64,000 nt of DNA, from positions 640,001 to 704,000 of the forward strand of contig CAXXFV010000016.1 of NCBI GenBank assembly GCA_963674595.2, given 5' to 3'. Positions 1-9,294 of the stretch are shown here, piece by piece; the stretch's first letter is position 1, and the number at the start of each line of letters is the position of its first letter. A program made the position numbers and the translations under genes. Source of the stretch: a bacterium (lineage in GTDB: Bacteria > Zhuqueibacterota > Zhuqueibacteria > Residuimicrobiales > Krinioviventaceae). The notes below the pieces were generated by a model that was given only the letters and a program-made list of their open reading frames with translations, ran no database searches and was not told where the DNA came from.

Positions 1-968
1 CTGTTGCCATTACCGACTTGAAAGCCCATGAAATGCCACTAGGCATTAAAATGTTGACATGGACAACACCGGAAGAAACATTGCCTCTTGAAGGCTCTTT
101 TTACGAAATTCGTTATGCTTACGTACCAATAACTGCAGAAAATTGGGCTGATGCAAGAGTATTACCGTTTGCGAAACCAATGATGGCCGCAGGTGAACCT
201 GATACATTGATTGCTCCTGTTGAACAGCCCAGTGAAGATACCTGGTGGGCAATTAAAGCCACAGATGAAGCCGGTAATATTTCTGCAATGTCAAATGTTG
301 CTCTTGCTGATGATGTTGCTCCGTCTGCAATTAATGATCTTGCTGTTGATTCAGTAAGACAAAACAGTGTCATTCTGTCATGGACAGCCGGCGGTGATGA
401 TGGTGTTGGCGGCGGTGCTGCAGCTTATTATGAACTCCGTGTTTCCTACGGTGAACAAATGACATGGGAAAATGCTGCTGTTATTCCTGGTGTTCCAAAT
501 CCAGGTCAACCCGGCGCAGCCATGGTTTTTGAAGCAACAGAATTTGTTTACCCGGAATATTCAAAAATGGCGTTCCAGATGGTAGTTTATGATAACAATG
601 GAAATCCATCGGAAAAATCAAATATTGTTATTTCTGATCTTTGGAACGATGGTAATGTTTCTGTTGCTAACGACCAAAACTCTTTACCAACAGATTTTGG
701 ATTGGCACAAAACTATCCAAATCCATTTAACCCGACAACATCTATTTCTTATCAATTACCAAAAGCCGGATATGTAAAACTCGATGTCTTTAACGCAAAC
801 GGACAAATGATCCGCACCCTCGTTGAAGGTACCGTATCTGCCGGTTATCACAATATAACCTGGGATGCTGCTGACCAGAACGGTCAAAAAGTATCCAGTG
901 GTATGTATTTTTACCGCATTACCATTGATAACTTTACAAACACCAAAAAGATGATATTGATGAAATAA
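1..968 (+). CDS. Secreted fibronectin type III-repeat protein with FlgD-Ig/T9SS-type CTD (5' truncated by window edge)
   Basis: Frame is open to the window start (V-A-I-T-D-L-K...). Two FN3-like units (LTWT...TDEAGNISAMSNV; LSWTA...DNNGNPSEKSNIV). CTD reads LAQNYPNPFNPTT...SGMYFYRI...KKMILMK. Confidence 0.75.
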   Translation, partial: VAITDLKAHEMPLGIKMLTWTTPEETLPLEGSFYEIRYAYVPITAENWADARVLPFAKPMMAAGEPDTLIAPVEQPSEDTWWAIKATDEAGNISAMSNVALADDVAPSAINDLAVDSVRQNSVILSWTAGGDDGVGGGAAAYYELRVSYGEQMTWENAAVIPGVPNPGQPGAAMVFEATEFVYPEYSKMAFQMVVYDNNGNPSEKSNIVISDLWNDGNVSVANDQNSLPTDFGLAQNYPNPFNPTTSISYQLPKAGYVKLDVFNANGQMIRTLVEGTVSAGYHNITWDAADQNGQKVSSGMYFYRITIDNFTNTKKMILMK

Positions 969-1004
969 TATTGTTGTAATTTGGTTGTCAGGTTATTCTA
1001 GTTT

Positions 1005-1038
1005 AAGAGGCAATACACAAGTATTGCCTCTTTTTTTT
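1005..1038 (+). terminator. Rho-independent terminator
   Basis: aagaggcaatac-acaa-gtattgcctctt followed by a T run. Confidence 0.85.
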
Positions 1039-1068
1039 ATTAATTTTATGGATTGATGGAGTACCATA

Positions 1069-3864
1069 GTGGTCCGACCAGGATTAGTTCTTTTTTTACT
1101 GTTTTTTTTATTTTCTTCTGCTTTTTCCATTGCCCCTCCTTTAAATCAAAAAAGTATTCCCGAGGATATTGCAAGTCAGTTAAAATCTGATCCGCAATTT
1201 TACATGCCGGATAAATCCATACTTTTACTAAAATCAAGCCTATCGGGGATGAACCAAACTGAATTTGCAAATAAAACCAGTCTTAATTTACCTGTTTTGT
1301 GTGCTCAATATGAAGATATTCGTAATGATGAATTTGATATTTCAGATTTGCAGCAAAAATTATTTGGTCAATGGTCGACCGGAACAATGAGGGATTATTA
1401 CATGGAGGTATCCGGTAATTCTCTGGAATTGAACGGAAATGTTTTCGGATGGTATAAATTAAGTGGAAATCGATATTATTATTATCGTTACCAAAATCAT
1501 TTCGATGATCTCTTGACTGAGCTTTTTACAATTGCAGATGATTCAATTGATTTTAGTCAATTTGATAACGATGGCCCGGACGGTCTGCCGAATTCCGGTG
1601 ATGACGACGGATATGTGGACGTTGTATTTGTTGTTCATTCCGGTACCGGTGCCGAAGAAACAAATGGTCCGGAGATTTGGTCACACTTTGGGAAATATAA
1701 AAGTCAAACAGGTTCTGATTTTGTAACTAATGACTTGGGCATAAACAATGCACCAATTTTAATAAATAATTACATTACAGTTCCGGCCATACAGCTGAGC
1801 CGTATGGTTGAAATCGGGGTTTTTTGCCATGAATTTGGCCACGCTTTGGGATTACCGGATTTGTATGACCGTGACGGTTCTTCTGCAGGTATCGGGAACT
1901 GGGGCCTTATGGGGCACGGTTCATGGGGAGCAAATAGTAAAACTCCTGAAACTCCTGTTCATTTTTGTGCCTGGTGCAAGGAGGTTTTGGGATTTGTTAA
2001 TGTTGTTACTTTAACAGAAAATGCCAAATCAATGGAGATACCTCCTGTTCAGCAAAGTCATGTTGTTTATAAATTATGGAACCATGGACGCGTTGAAAAC
2101 TATATTTATAAAAATAGTTTAGGAACCCAAAAAGCATTGGGAAAGGAATATTTTTTAATTGAAAACCGCGGCAAGACAGGTTTTGATAAAATTTTACCTG
2201 GCGATGGATTACTTGTTTGGCATATCGATAACAGTGTTTCAAATCTTTTGGTTAATGATAATGAAAAGAATAAATTGGTTGATTTGGAACAAGCTGACAA
2301 TAATCGGGATTTGGATTTGCTCAACAATTTAGGTGATGCAGGCGATCCTTTCCCTGGTTCTAAACACAAAAATATTTTTAATAAAACCAGCTCACCAAAC
2401 AGCCTTGCCAAAGATCTTTCCATCACCAAGGTGGCTGTTAAAAACATAACTAAAAATAATTCTAATATTATTGCTGATTTGTATTCAATCGACGATGATC
2501 TGTTATATCACGGTTATAAACTGGATGACAGTAACGGCAATAATAACGGATATCTTGAAGCCGGAGAAACCGGAAATGTCATACTATCCATTACCAATTT
2601 AGGAGATTATATCTCTGAAATAAAAGCAACACTGACATCACCTGATCCCGATGTCAGCGTTTTAAACTCTGTTTCATATTATCGAAATGTACATGAAGAA
2701 GAGACTGTTAACAATTCTGATAATGCGTTTTCATTGTTTTTATCTCAAAACACGGAACCGCATCCTGTTTATTGTACTTTAAACCTTCAGGCAGATAATG
2801 GGTATGCTGTTAATCATGATTTTATTGTTTTAATGGACAATATATCTATTCTTGTGGTGGATGATTCCCGTGGTGAAACAGACACAAGTGGCGTTCGGTT
2901 ATATGACTATTACACAAAAGCCCTTGATGACATTGAATTTATTAATTATGATATTTGGGATATCAGTGCGAAGGGAATCCCCAACCAGGCTATCCTTTTC
3001 GAATATGGGACAGTTATTTGGTTTACAGGTTCACAACGTTATACGTTAACTGATTTTGAGCAACGACAAGTTTCATCTTTTCTTAATCATGGCGGTCGTC
3101 TTTTTTTATCCGGTCAGAATCTTGGGTACGACCTTTGGTATGGCGGAACCAGGGCTTCGAAAGAATTTTATACAAATTATTTACATGCAAAATTTATTCA
3201 AAGTGGTATAAGCGATCATCCTCTTCCGGTGGTATTGCTGGCCGGCATTGAAGGTGAAACCATTAGCGAAACCTTTCGACCGTTTTTTTATGCTTCTGAA
3301 GGTGATGGCGCCTATAATCAATTACAGCCAAGTATCATCGAGCCTGATGAATATGCCGTTCCGATTTTTAATTATTTCGGTACCGGTTTATATGATAAAA
3401 ATGCCGCGATTAAGTATGAGGGTAACTACAAACTTGTTTATCTTGCCTTCAGTTTTGAGGCTATAAATGATTATGCTACACGTCGTCCTGTTAGAAGTGA
3501 GGTCATGAAAAATATTATTGACTGGCTTCATGGCGAAATGGTGACAACCGTATCTCATGAGAATTTTAACAATGACCTGGTTCCACAGGATTTTGTTCTG
3601 GAACAAAATTATCCAAATCCTTTTAACAATTCCACCTCTATTGAATTTTTGTTAAATGAGCCGATGCATGCTCGTTTAACCATATTCGATATTTTGGGCA
3701 GAGAAGTTGATGTGTTAGCCGATCAGCAATTACCGGCAGGAAAACACCGCTACCAATGGAACGGTAAAGACACCATCGGCTGGGACGTCTCTTCCGGCAT
3801 ATACTTTTACAGATTTGAATGTGAGAATAACGTGGAAACCAGAAAAATGGTATATATACGCTAG
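1069..3864 (+). CDS. M6 family (immune inhibitor A-like) secreted metalloprotease with CTD
   Basis: Signal peptide; DFSQFDNDGPDG...DDDGYVD; zinc motif HEFGHALGLPDLYD; WGLMGHGSW; EYFLIENR; C-terminal LEQNYPNPFN CTD. Confidence 0.9.
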   Translation: MVRPGLVLFLLFFLFSSAFSIAPPLNQKSIPEDIASQLKSDPQFYMPDKSILLLKSSLSGMNQTEFANKTSLNLPVLCAQYEDIRNDEFDISDLQQKLFGQWSTGTMRDYYMEVSGNSLELNGNVFGWYKLSGNRYYYYRYQNHFDDLLTELFTIADDSIDFSQFDNDGPDGLPNSGDDDGYVDVVFVVHSGTGAEETNGPEIWSHFGKYKSQTGSDFVTNDLGINNAPILINNYITVPAIQLSRMVEIGVFCHEFGHALGLPDLYDRDGSSAGIGNWGLMGHGSWGANSKTPETPVHFCAWCKEVLGFVNVVTLTENAKSMEIPPVQQSHVVYKLWNHGRVENYIYKNSLGTQKALGKEYFLIENRGKTGFDKILPGDGLLVWHIDNSVSNLLVNDNEKNKLVDLEQADNNRDLDLLNNLGDAGDPFPGSKHKNIFNKTSSPNSLAKDLSITKVAVKNITKNNSNIIADLYSIDDDLLYHGYKLDDSNGNNNGYLEAGETGNVILSITNLGDYISEIKATLTSPDPDVSVLNSVSYYRNVHEEETVNNSDNAFSLFLSQNTEPHPVYCTLNLQADNGYAVNHDFIVLMDNISILVVDDSRGETDTSGVRLYDYYTKALDDIEFINYDIWDISAKGIPNQAILFEYGTVIWFTGSQRYTLTDFEQRQVSSFLNHGGRLFLSGQNLGYDLWYGGTRASKEFYTNYLHAKFIQSGISDHPLPVVLLAGIEGETISETFRPFFYASEGDGAYNQLQPSIIEPDEYAVPIFNYFGTGLYDKNAAIKYEGNYKLVYLAFSFEAINDYATRRPVRSEVMKNIIDWLHGEMVTTVSHENFNNDLVPQDFVLEQNYPNPFNNSTSIEFLLNEPMHARLTIFDILGREVDVLADQQLPAGKHRYQWNGKDTIGWDVSSGIYFYRFECENNVETRKMVYIR

Positions 3865-3988
3865 TTTTTTAATGGGATTTATGTTTTGCCAGGTGTTTTC
3901 AATTTTCGGGCAAACTATGTCATTACAAGATAATTTAAGAATTGTTCTATGGGGCTGTAATAAAAAGGGGAGATAAAAATTTAATTTT

Positions 3989-4042
3989 AGAAACATATTG
4001 CTTTTAAAAGGCCGGCTTTAAGAGCAATATGTTTCTTTTTTT
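3989..4042. terminator. Long hairpin, probable bidirectional terminator between convergent genes
   Basis: agaaacatattgcttttaaaag-gccgg-ctttaagagcaatatgtttct followed by a T run. Confidence 0.7.
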
Positions 4043-4084
4043 ATTGGAAAAGTATCAATTTATTTAACTCGGCATAATTCCAGG

Positions 4085-6165
4085 TTAACGTCGTTCAAGA
4101 TATCTTTCTTTAAATGTTGGTTTCTGTCCTGCTAATTTTAAAAATACATCTGCCGGAACAATTTCTACTTCAGGGCCAAGCTGGTCCAGAATTGATTTTA
4201 CCCGTCTAATATCACTATACTGACGAATATGCGCTGCCAAAAAATAAGGTCTTTTTTTATTCATATTAATCAATTCACGTAAATCTCCGACGGCTTCTTC
4301 AACCGTTCTTTCAGGAGAAAGATAATAATCATAAGAAACTACAGGTCTGCCATCTCTTTCAGCAAAAGTAAAAGAGGGTGCGTATCCGTTAAAAAAACCG
4401 ATGACGTTTGGAAAATATTTATAAAAACCATCCACTACATCTCGTGTTAATTCCGTGTTGCCCTCAACTGTTGCACCCTCGGAATAGTCCATTGTTTGAG
4501 TAACACAAAGGTCCAGTTGCTCCAATCTTTTCCTGGCTGCCTTATAAAGTGCGGGTCTCAGGCTATTGGGAATAGCTTTCGCGTATGTATATCCCAGAAC
4601 GGTTGCACCGAGAAAATAGTCGTTTTGTGTGGCCTGCGTGTAGTAAAATTCCAAAATGGCCGGGGCAAAATCATAATCAGTCACTTCAACAACCCAGGCA
4701 TAGGGAAGCTCTCCGCGTCCCGGACGGGTCCACGCACCCAGACCTACACCGTCTGTTTGAACACATGTGATATAAGCTTTATTTTCCGGTATATAGGTTT
4801 TATTTGGGTCAATATTATGGTGGTTTTTAAAGACAAAACCGGGTGTTCGGGGTACCTGAGCGATAAAAGACATATTGGGGGCTGTATGAAGACCACGAAC
4901 ACGATGACCATAGCTGGACGTTAGGCGAACATGGTCACGTTCTTTATCTTTTGCATAGGAATGCCAGCCCATAACCATAGACATCGGGTTGAGTTCGCTT
5001 AATAATTTATACACGCTAAACCATACTCTTCTTCATCCGATGGTTTTGTTGATAAATCCTGAAAAAAGGCTTTGTTTTTTACACCCCAATCTGCGATTCC
5101 GGGTTTCATAACCTGGCCGTGATGGCCACCCATCCAAATGATGAGGTCTTTGCTGCACTGGTCCCAATATTGTTCATAAGCCCAGGAATATATTTCAAAA
5201 TCACTTTGACCGGTAAACTGGCCGCGGAAATCCTTAATCATTTGTAAACCGGCTTTTTCCATATCAGGAATCATGTCTTCGCTGACAACGACCGCACGCT
5301 CTAAACCGGCAAGGGTAAATGCGACGATTAATGAGGTTCTTTCCTCTTTGTCCCACACTATATAACCGGTAACATTGTCTTTAAATTTTTCAAGAGCTTG
5401 TTCCCAGGTGTTCAATTTTTTATAAGAATAATACCTATATTCTTTTAAAAAATCAAAGATATATGGTGTGTTTGTAAAATCCCAGGTTTCCGGGTATATG
5501 AAATAAAGATTGGGACCATTGAGATTTGCCAAGCCCTGTAATGTTATTAAAAACGCCTGAATATCAAGCTGTCCGTCAATCGTCCAGTCATCTTCTAATT
5601 CCATATAATAAGCTTCGCGGGTGCCTGCCCGTTTGAACATATATTGAATTTCGAACTGTTTTTCTCGAGTAGATCGGTCAATAGTGTATCTAAGCGTTTC
5701 ACCACCCGGAGATAGTGTATAAGTATGAATAGTTGTTATTGTTACCGGTCCCTGAGATACTAAAATATCATATTTTTCATTAACTTGTAATGCTTTGTCT
5801 TTTTCCAGCCACTGTGCCGTTATTTTTCTTTTAGAGCCGACATCCATAGAAACGCCCATAAATACATTGGTTGGGAATACCCGGTTTGATATTTCTTTTT
5901 CTACTGTGGAACCATCTAATTTAAGAACAACGGTGTCGATAAAACCACGACGTTGACCCCATTTTTGAATTAATTCGATACCATCCGTAGTTTTTGTTAT
6001 TTCAACTTGTAGTGTGTTGTATAAATCAATTCCGCTGCTTTCACGGTCAATCAAAGTCCAACTTCCTAAAATGGACATATCGTCGGCAAAAATTTTTGAA
6101 TTGGAGATAAAGAATAATGTCACAAGGATAATGATGAATTTACAGGTGCGCATGGTATCCTCCAT
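4085..6165 (-). pseudogene. GxGYxYP-family putative glycoside hydrolase, split by a frameshift into ORFs 4999..6165 and 4085..5014
   Basis: N-part has a signal peptide and TLQGLANLNGPNLYF...GYIVWD...AFTLAGLE. C-part has VMGWH, TDG and LGYTYAKAIP (GxGYxYP-like). The ORFs overlap by 16 nt with a frame change at ~5010. Confidence 0.7.
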
Positions 6166-6272
6166 TGGAACAGTTAAGTTCGGATAATTATTATCTTAAT
6201 ATATAAAATGATGGAGGATATATCAACCAAATTATCAACGAATTGTCTCGGTTTTTTATCGTTATTTTCGAG

Positions 6273-6695
6273 TCAACCCAGCCATTGCCAGATTAAAGTA
6301 ATAGTGATTGTTTCTCCGGTTTTGTCGGCCTGTTTTGATGTTATTTCTAAACGATTATTGTTTAATGAAAACGAGCTTGTATGTGCAGATTTTACCATTA
6401 AATTCGGAATGAAACTAACTTTAACATGATGAATGATTTTATCATTTTCTACATGAAAAGTTCCTGCATAGGCAATAAAATTTTTTGCAATTTCTGAACG
6501 TTCCTTCTCACTTAGACCAAACAGTGCTGCTGAACTGACCTGTGGCCGCTCTTCTCCTGAAATGATTCCTGACATAAATCCATTTGATTGGTAAATTAAA
6601 AGTCCTTTTACATTTTTACCAAAGGGTGTTAAAATGTGCTTTGAATTTTTCACTTCCAAGGATACTAGTTCCCATGTTCCAATAATAGAATTCAT
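6273..6695 (-). CDS. Lipocalin-like domain protein
   Basis: IIGTWELVS...PFG...GLLIY...G.MS...FIAYAGTF...IIHHV pattern; ATG at 6695 with aaggaa upstream. Confidence 0.8.
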   Translation of the reverse strand: MNSIIGTWELVSLEVKNSKHILTPFGKNVKGLLIYQSNGFMSGIISGEERPQVSSAALFGLSEKERSEIAKNFIAYAGTFHVENDKIIHHVKVSFIPNLMVKSAHTSSFSLNNNRLEITSKQADKTGETITITLIWQWLG

Positions 6696-6717
6696 AAATT
6701 TTCCTTTTTCCAAATAT

Positions 6718-7527
6718 TTAACCTGCAAGTTTTTTAAGTAAGGATGAGAACAATTTGAACGGTAAAATTTTTCTCAAGTACCACATTACTTTAGCATCCG
6801 AACCGGCCACATAGCGCAGTCTGTTACTATTATCTACTGCTGCTGTGAATATTACTTTGGCTATTTCTACCGGTTCTGTCAGCTTGTTTTTTCTTTTTTC
6901 ATATCCTGCAATTCTTTTTTCAATGGTTTTTTCATAACTGGGGACGTCTTTTTTCCTGACTATAATAGCATTAGAAGCAAAGTTTGTCTTAACCCCTCCG
7001 GGCTCAACGATTTTTATCTTTATTCCCAGATCGCCTGTTTCAAATCTGAGAGATTCGCTGAATCCTTCAACGGCCCATTTGGCAGATGCATAAAAACTGC
7101 TTAAGGGCATGGCAACTAGGCCTATTAATGATGATATATTTATGATAGTTCCGTTATTTCTTTTTCTAAAGTGCGGCAGTATTTCGCGCGTTACATTCAT
7201 AAGGCCAAATACATCTATATCATAAAGATTTTGTATTTGTTCGGGTGTGGCGGCTTCAAAGGGTCCGGTTAAGCTAAAGGCTGCATTGTTTACCAAAACA
7301 TCAATATGCCCGAAATGCTTTATTGTCTTTTGAATTGCTGTTTTGATGGAATTGATATCAGTAACGTCCAGACGTAAACATAGTAAATTTTCGTAATCGG
7401 TCAATTGTGTCTCTTTTGCAGGACTGCGCATGGTAGCCACTACATTCCAACCTTTTTGAATAAAATAAAGTGCAGTTGCTTTGCCGATTCCTGTCGACGT
7501 ACCTGTTATCATAATTGTTTTTTTCAT
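6718..7527 (-). CDS. Short-chain dehydrogenase/reductase (SDR)
   Basis: ITGTSTGIG, LVNNA, catalytic YASAK, VEPG. Confidence 0.93.
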   Translation of the reverse strand: MKKTIMITGTSTGIGKATALYFIQKGWNVVATMRSPAKETQLTDYENLLCLRLDVTDINSIKTAIQKTIKHFGHIDVLVNNAAFSLTGPFEAATPEQIQNLYDIDVFGLMNVTREILPHFRKRNNGTIINISSLIGLVAMPLSSFYASAKWAVEGFSESLRFETGDLGIKIKIVEPGGVKTNFASNAIIVRKKDVPSYEKTIEKRIAGYEKRKNKLTEPVEIAKVIFTAAVDNSNRLRYVAGSDAKVMWYLRKILPFKLFSSLLKKLAG

Positions 7528-7544
7528 TCTATCTTCCTTTTTAG

Positions 7545-7563
7545 ATTGTTTTACGAACTAACT
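7545..7563. promoter_or_regulatory. Putative MarR operator upstream of the SDR gene
   Basis: gttttacgaactaact (7548-7563) matches the reverse complement of 8020-8035 at 15/16 positions. Confidence 0.5.
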
Positions 7564-7585
7564 ATTTAATTAAAAAAATATCTGA

Positions 7586-7999
7586 TTACATCCTTCGAAG
7601 AAGCGAAACCAAAGTTTCTATTTCTTGTTCATCAAACCGGGATGCAACCTGATCTATAAAATTCTTGTAGACCTTGTTATAATCATTTATCAGCTTCTCA
7701 CCTTTAGGTGTCAGACTGAGGTAATAAATGCGCCCGTCTTGTTCTGATTTACTCTTGGTGACATATTCTTTTTCTATTAGTTTGGCAACCATTAAGGTAA
7801 CCGTTGGCTTGCTTAATCCCATACGGTTGGTCAATTCCATAAAAGTTGGGTTCCCCATATTGTGGATTTCTTCAATGTACCTAAAGTTGGAAATAGAAAA
7901 GTCCATATATCCACTATTTTCAATTTCTTTAATTTTAAATTCGCGTAATTTTTTTGCTACGTTTTGTATCGCTAGCAATAATTGTTCTGCTTTTTGCAT
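7586..7999 (-). CDS. MarR family transcriptional regulator
   Basis: ELTNRMGLSKPTVTLMVAKLIEKEYV...DGR...LTPKG winged helix. Confidence 0.9.
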   Translation of the reverse strand: MQKAEQLLLAIQNVAKKLREFKIKEIENSGYMDFSISNFRYIEEIHNMGNPTFMELTNRMGLSKPTVTLMVAKLIEKEYVTKSKSEQDGRIYYLSLTPKGEKLINDYNKVYKNFIDQVASRFDEQEIETLVSLLRRM

Positions 8000-8019
8000 T
8001 ACTTTTCCTTTTTAAATAA

Positions 8020-8065
8020 AGTTAGTTAGTAAAACTAATATAATATAAATTATTTTATTTGTCAA
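8020..8065 (-). promoter_or_regulatory. Sigma70-type promoter of marR with overlapping palindromic operator
   Basis: Minus strand TTGACA (8065-8060), 17 nt, TATATT (8042-8037). Palindrome ttagtt-N5-aactaa at 8022-8038. Confidence 0.65.
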
Positions 8066-8175
8066 TAAAATAATTATACCCCCTAAGAAGAGATTAAACA
8101 TGGTTATTTTAAAAACGGTAAATCCATTGTTTTTAGCTGTTTAATAAGACCCTTAATTATGGCTTTTCGATAATT

Positions 8176-8244
8176 TTAATTAACAGTATACCACAATTTC
8201 CCATATCCATCAAAAGACATATCGTAAATATTTATTATTTGAGT
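8176..8244 (-). pseudogene. Orphan 3' remnant of a paralogue of the adjacent lipoprotein gene
   Basis: Translates TQIINIYDMSFDGYGKLWYTVN* versus SQISNIYDMSFDGYGNLWYTVQ* at the end of 8269..9279. Confidence 0.8.
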
Positions 8245-8268
8245 TTTTTGAAAATAATCTAAAGCGGT

Positions 8269-9279
8269 TTATTGTACAGTGTACCACAGATTACCATATC
8301 CGTCAAAAGACATGTCATAAATGTTACTAATCTGAGAACTCGTTTTATTATCTATTATTACATAGGTATCGGTCACGTTCAAATCAGAGTCGTGCCTGCG
8401 TAGAAAAAATTCCGAATTGTCATAGGAATAAATTGTTTTATAATAAGCCAGGGCCCGGAGGCTGGGGAATTCTGTCGGGTAAATAGATTCAATTAACTTT
8501 GAATCAACATTGTGTTTAAAGATTGTACTTTGTGAACAGCTATAAAGATTACCAGTCTGGGCGTGAAAACTCAGGCCATTGACGCTTCTGGACAGTTTTA
8601 ACGTACTGGAAATTGTTCCATCCCAACGGTTAAACAATAACAACGTGTCTGGCTGGGCGATTGCGGCCACACCCTCACGGCAAAACGCCATAGCAGAAAT
8701 ATTTTTTTCGTTTAACTTGTCTTCAAAGTTATTTTCTGTAAACCAGACGTCACTGTTTTGTTTAAAAACATTCAACAAGTCAAAAATTTCCAAATACTCT
8801 TTTCCACTATTATATCGTTTTAAATAACTTCGATTTAGAACCCATGCATATTGCCCGGAGCAGGCCAGGGCCGGTTTAGGACCTGTTGAACTAAACCTGT
8901 CTGCAAAAAACAAGTTTGGGATTTTTATTATAGCGGATGTATCACTGTGTTCTACCTGAAGTTTTTGCTCGCTTAACCAGACATCTTCTCTTTTAACCCG
9001 GAATGTATAATAACCGGGATAAACTGTTTCAAATAAAAACTGTCCGGCACTATCTGTGGAAACTGTTTGTGTTCCAAATGAAACATCATAAAGCATACGG
9101 TATTCTGATAGTTCTATTTCTGTTTCCAGGGCCATTTCAGAGTCATAATCCAATATCTCTCCACTAAAAGTATATTGGGGTATAACCGGGCGTGTTACAT
9201 CATTTTCCTGTTTGTTCCAACAGTTAATAAACAGGGCTAATGTTAATAAAGTTATAAAAATAGGTATTGCTTTTTTCAT
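8269..9279 (-). CDS. Lipoprotein with carboxypeptidase-regulatory-like Ig domain and probable beta-propeller
   Basis: Lipobox-like LFINC; FSGEILD...TDSAGQFLFETVYPGYYTFRV; beta-rich C-terminal half. Confidence 0.6.
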   Translation of the reverse strand: MKKAIPIFITLLTLALFINCWNKQENDVTRPVIPQYTFSGEILDYDSEMALETEIELSEYRMLYDVSFGTQTVSTDSAGQFLFETVYPGYYTFRVKREDVWLSEQKLQVEHSDTSAIIKIPNLFFADRFSSTGPKPALACSGQYAWVLNRSYLKRYNSGKEYLEIFDLLNVFKQNSDVWFTENNFEDKLNEKNISAMAFCREGVAAIAQPDTLLLFNRWDGTISSTLKLSRSVNGLSFHAQTGNLYSCSQSTIFKHNVDSKLIESIYPTEFPSLRALAYYKTIYSYDNSEFFLRRHDSDLNVTDTYVIIDNKTSSQISNIYDMSFDGYGNLWYTVQ

Positions 9280-9294
9280 AATATACTCTTTTTA

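Noticed and set aside
3905-3965. gggcaaact resembling the start of a c-di-GMP-I riboswitch
   Set aside because: No GNRA loop or GCAAAG second stem, and it lies between convergent genes.
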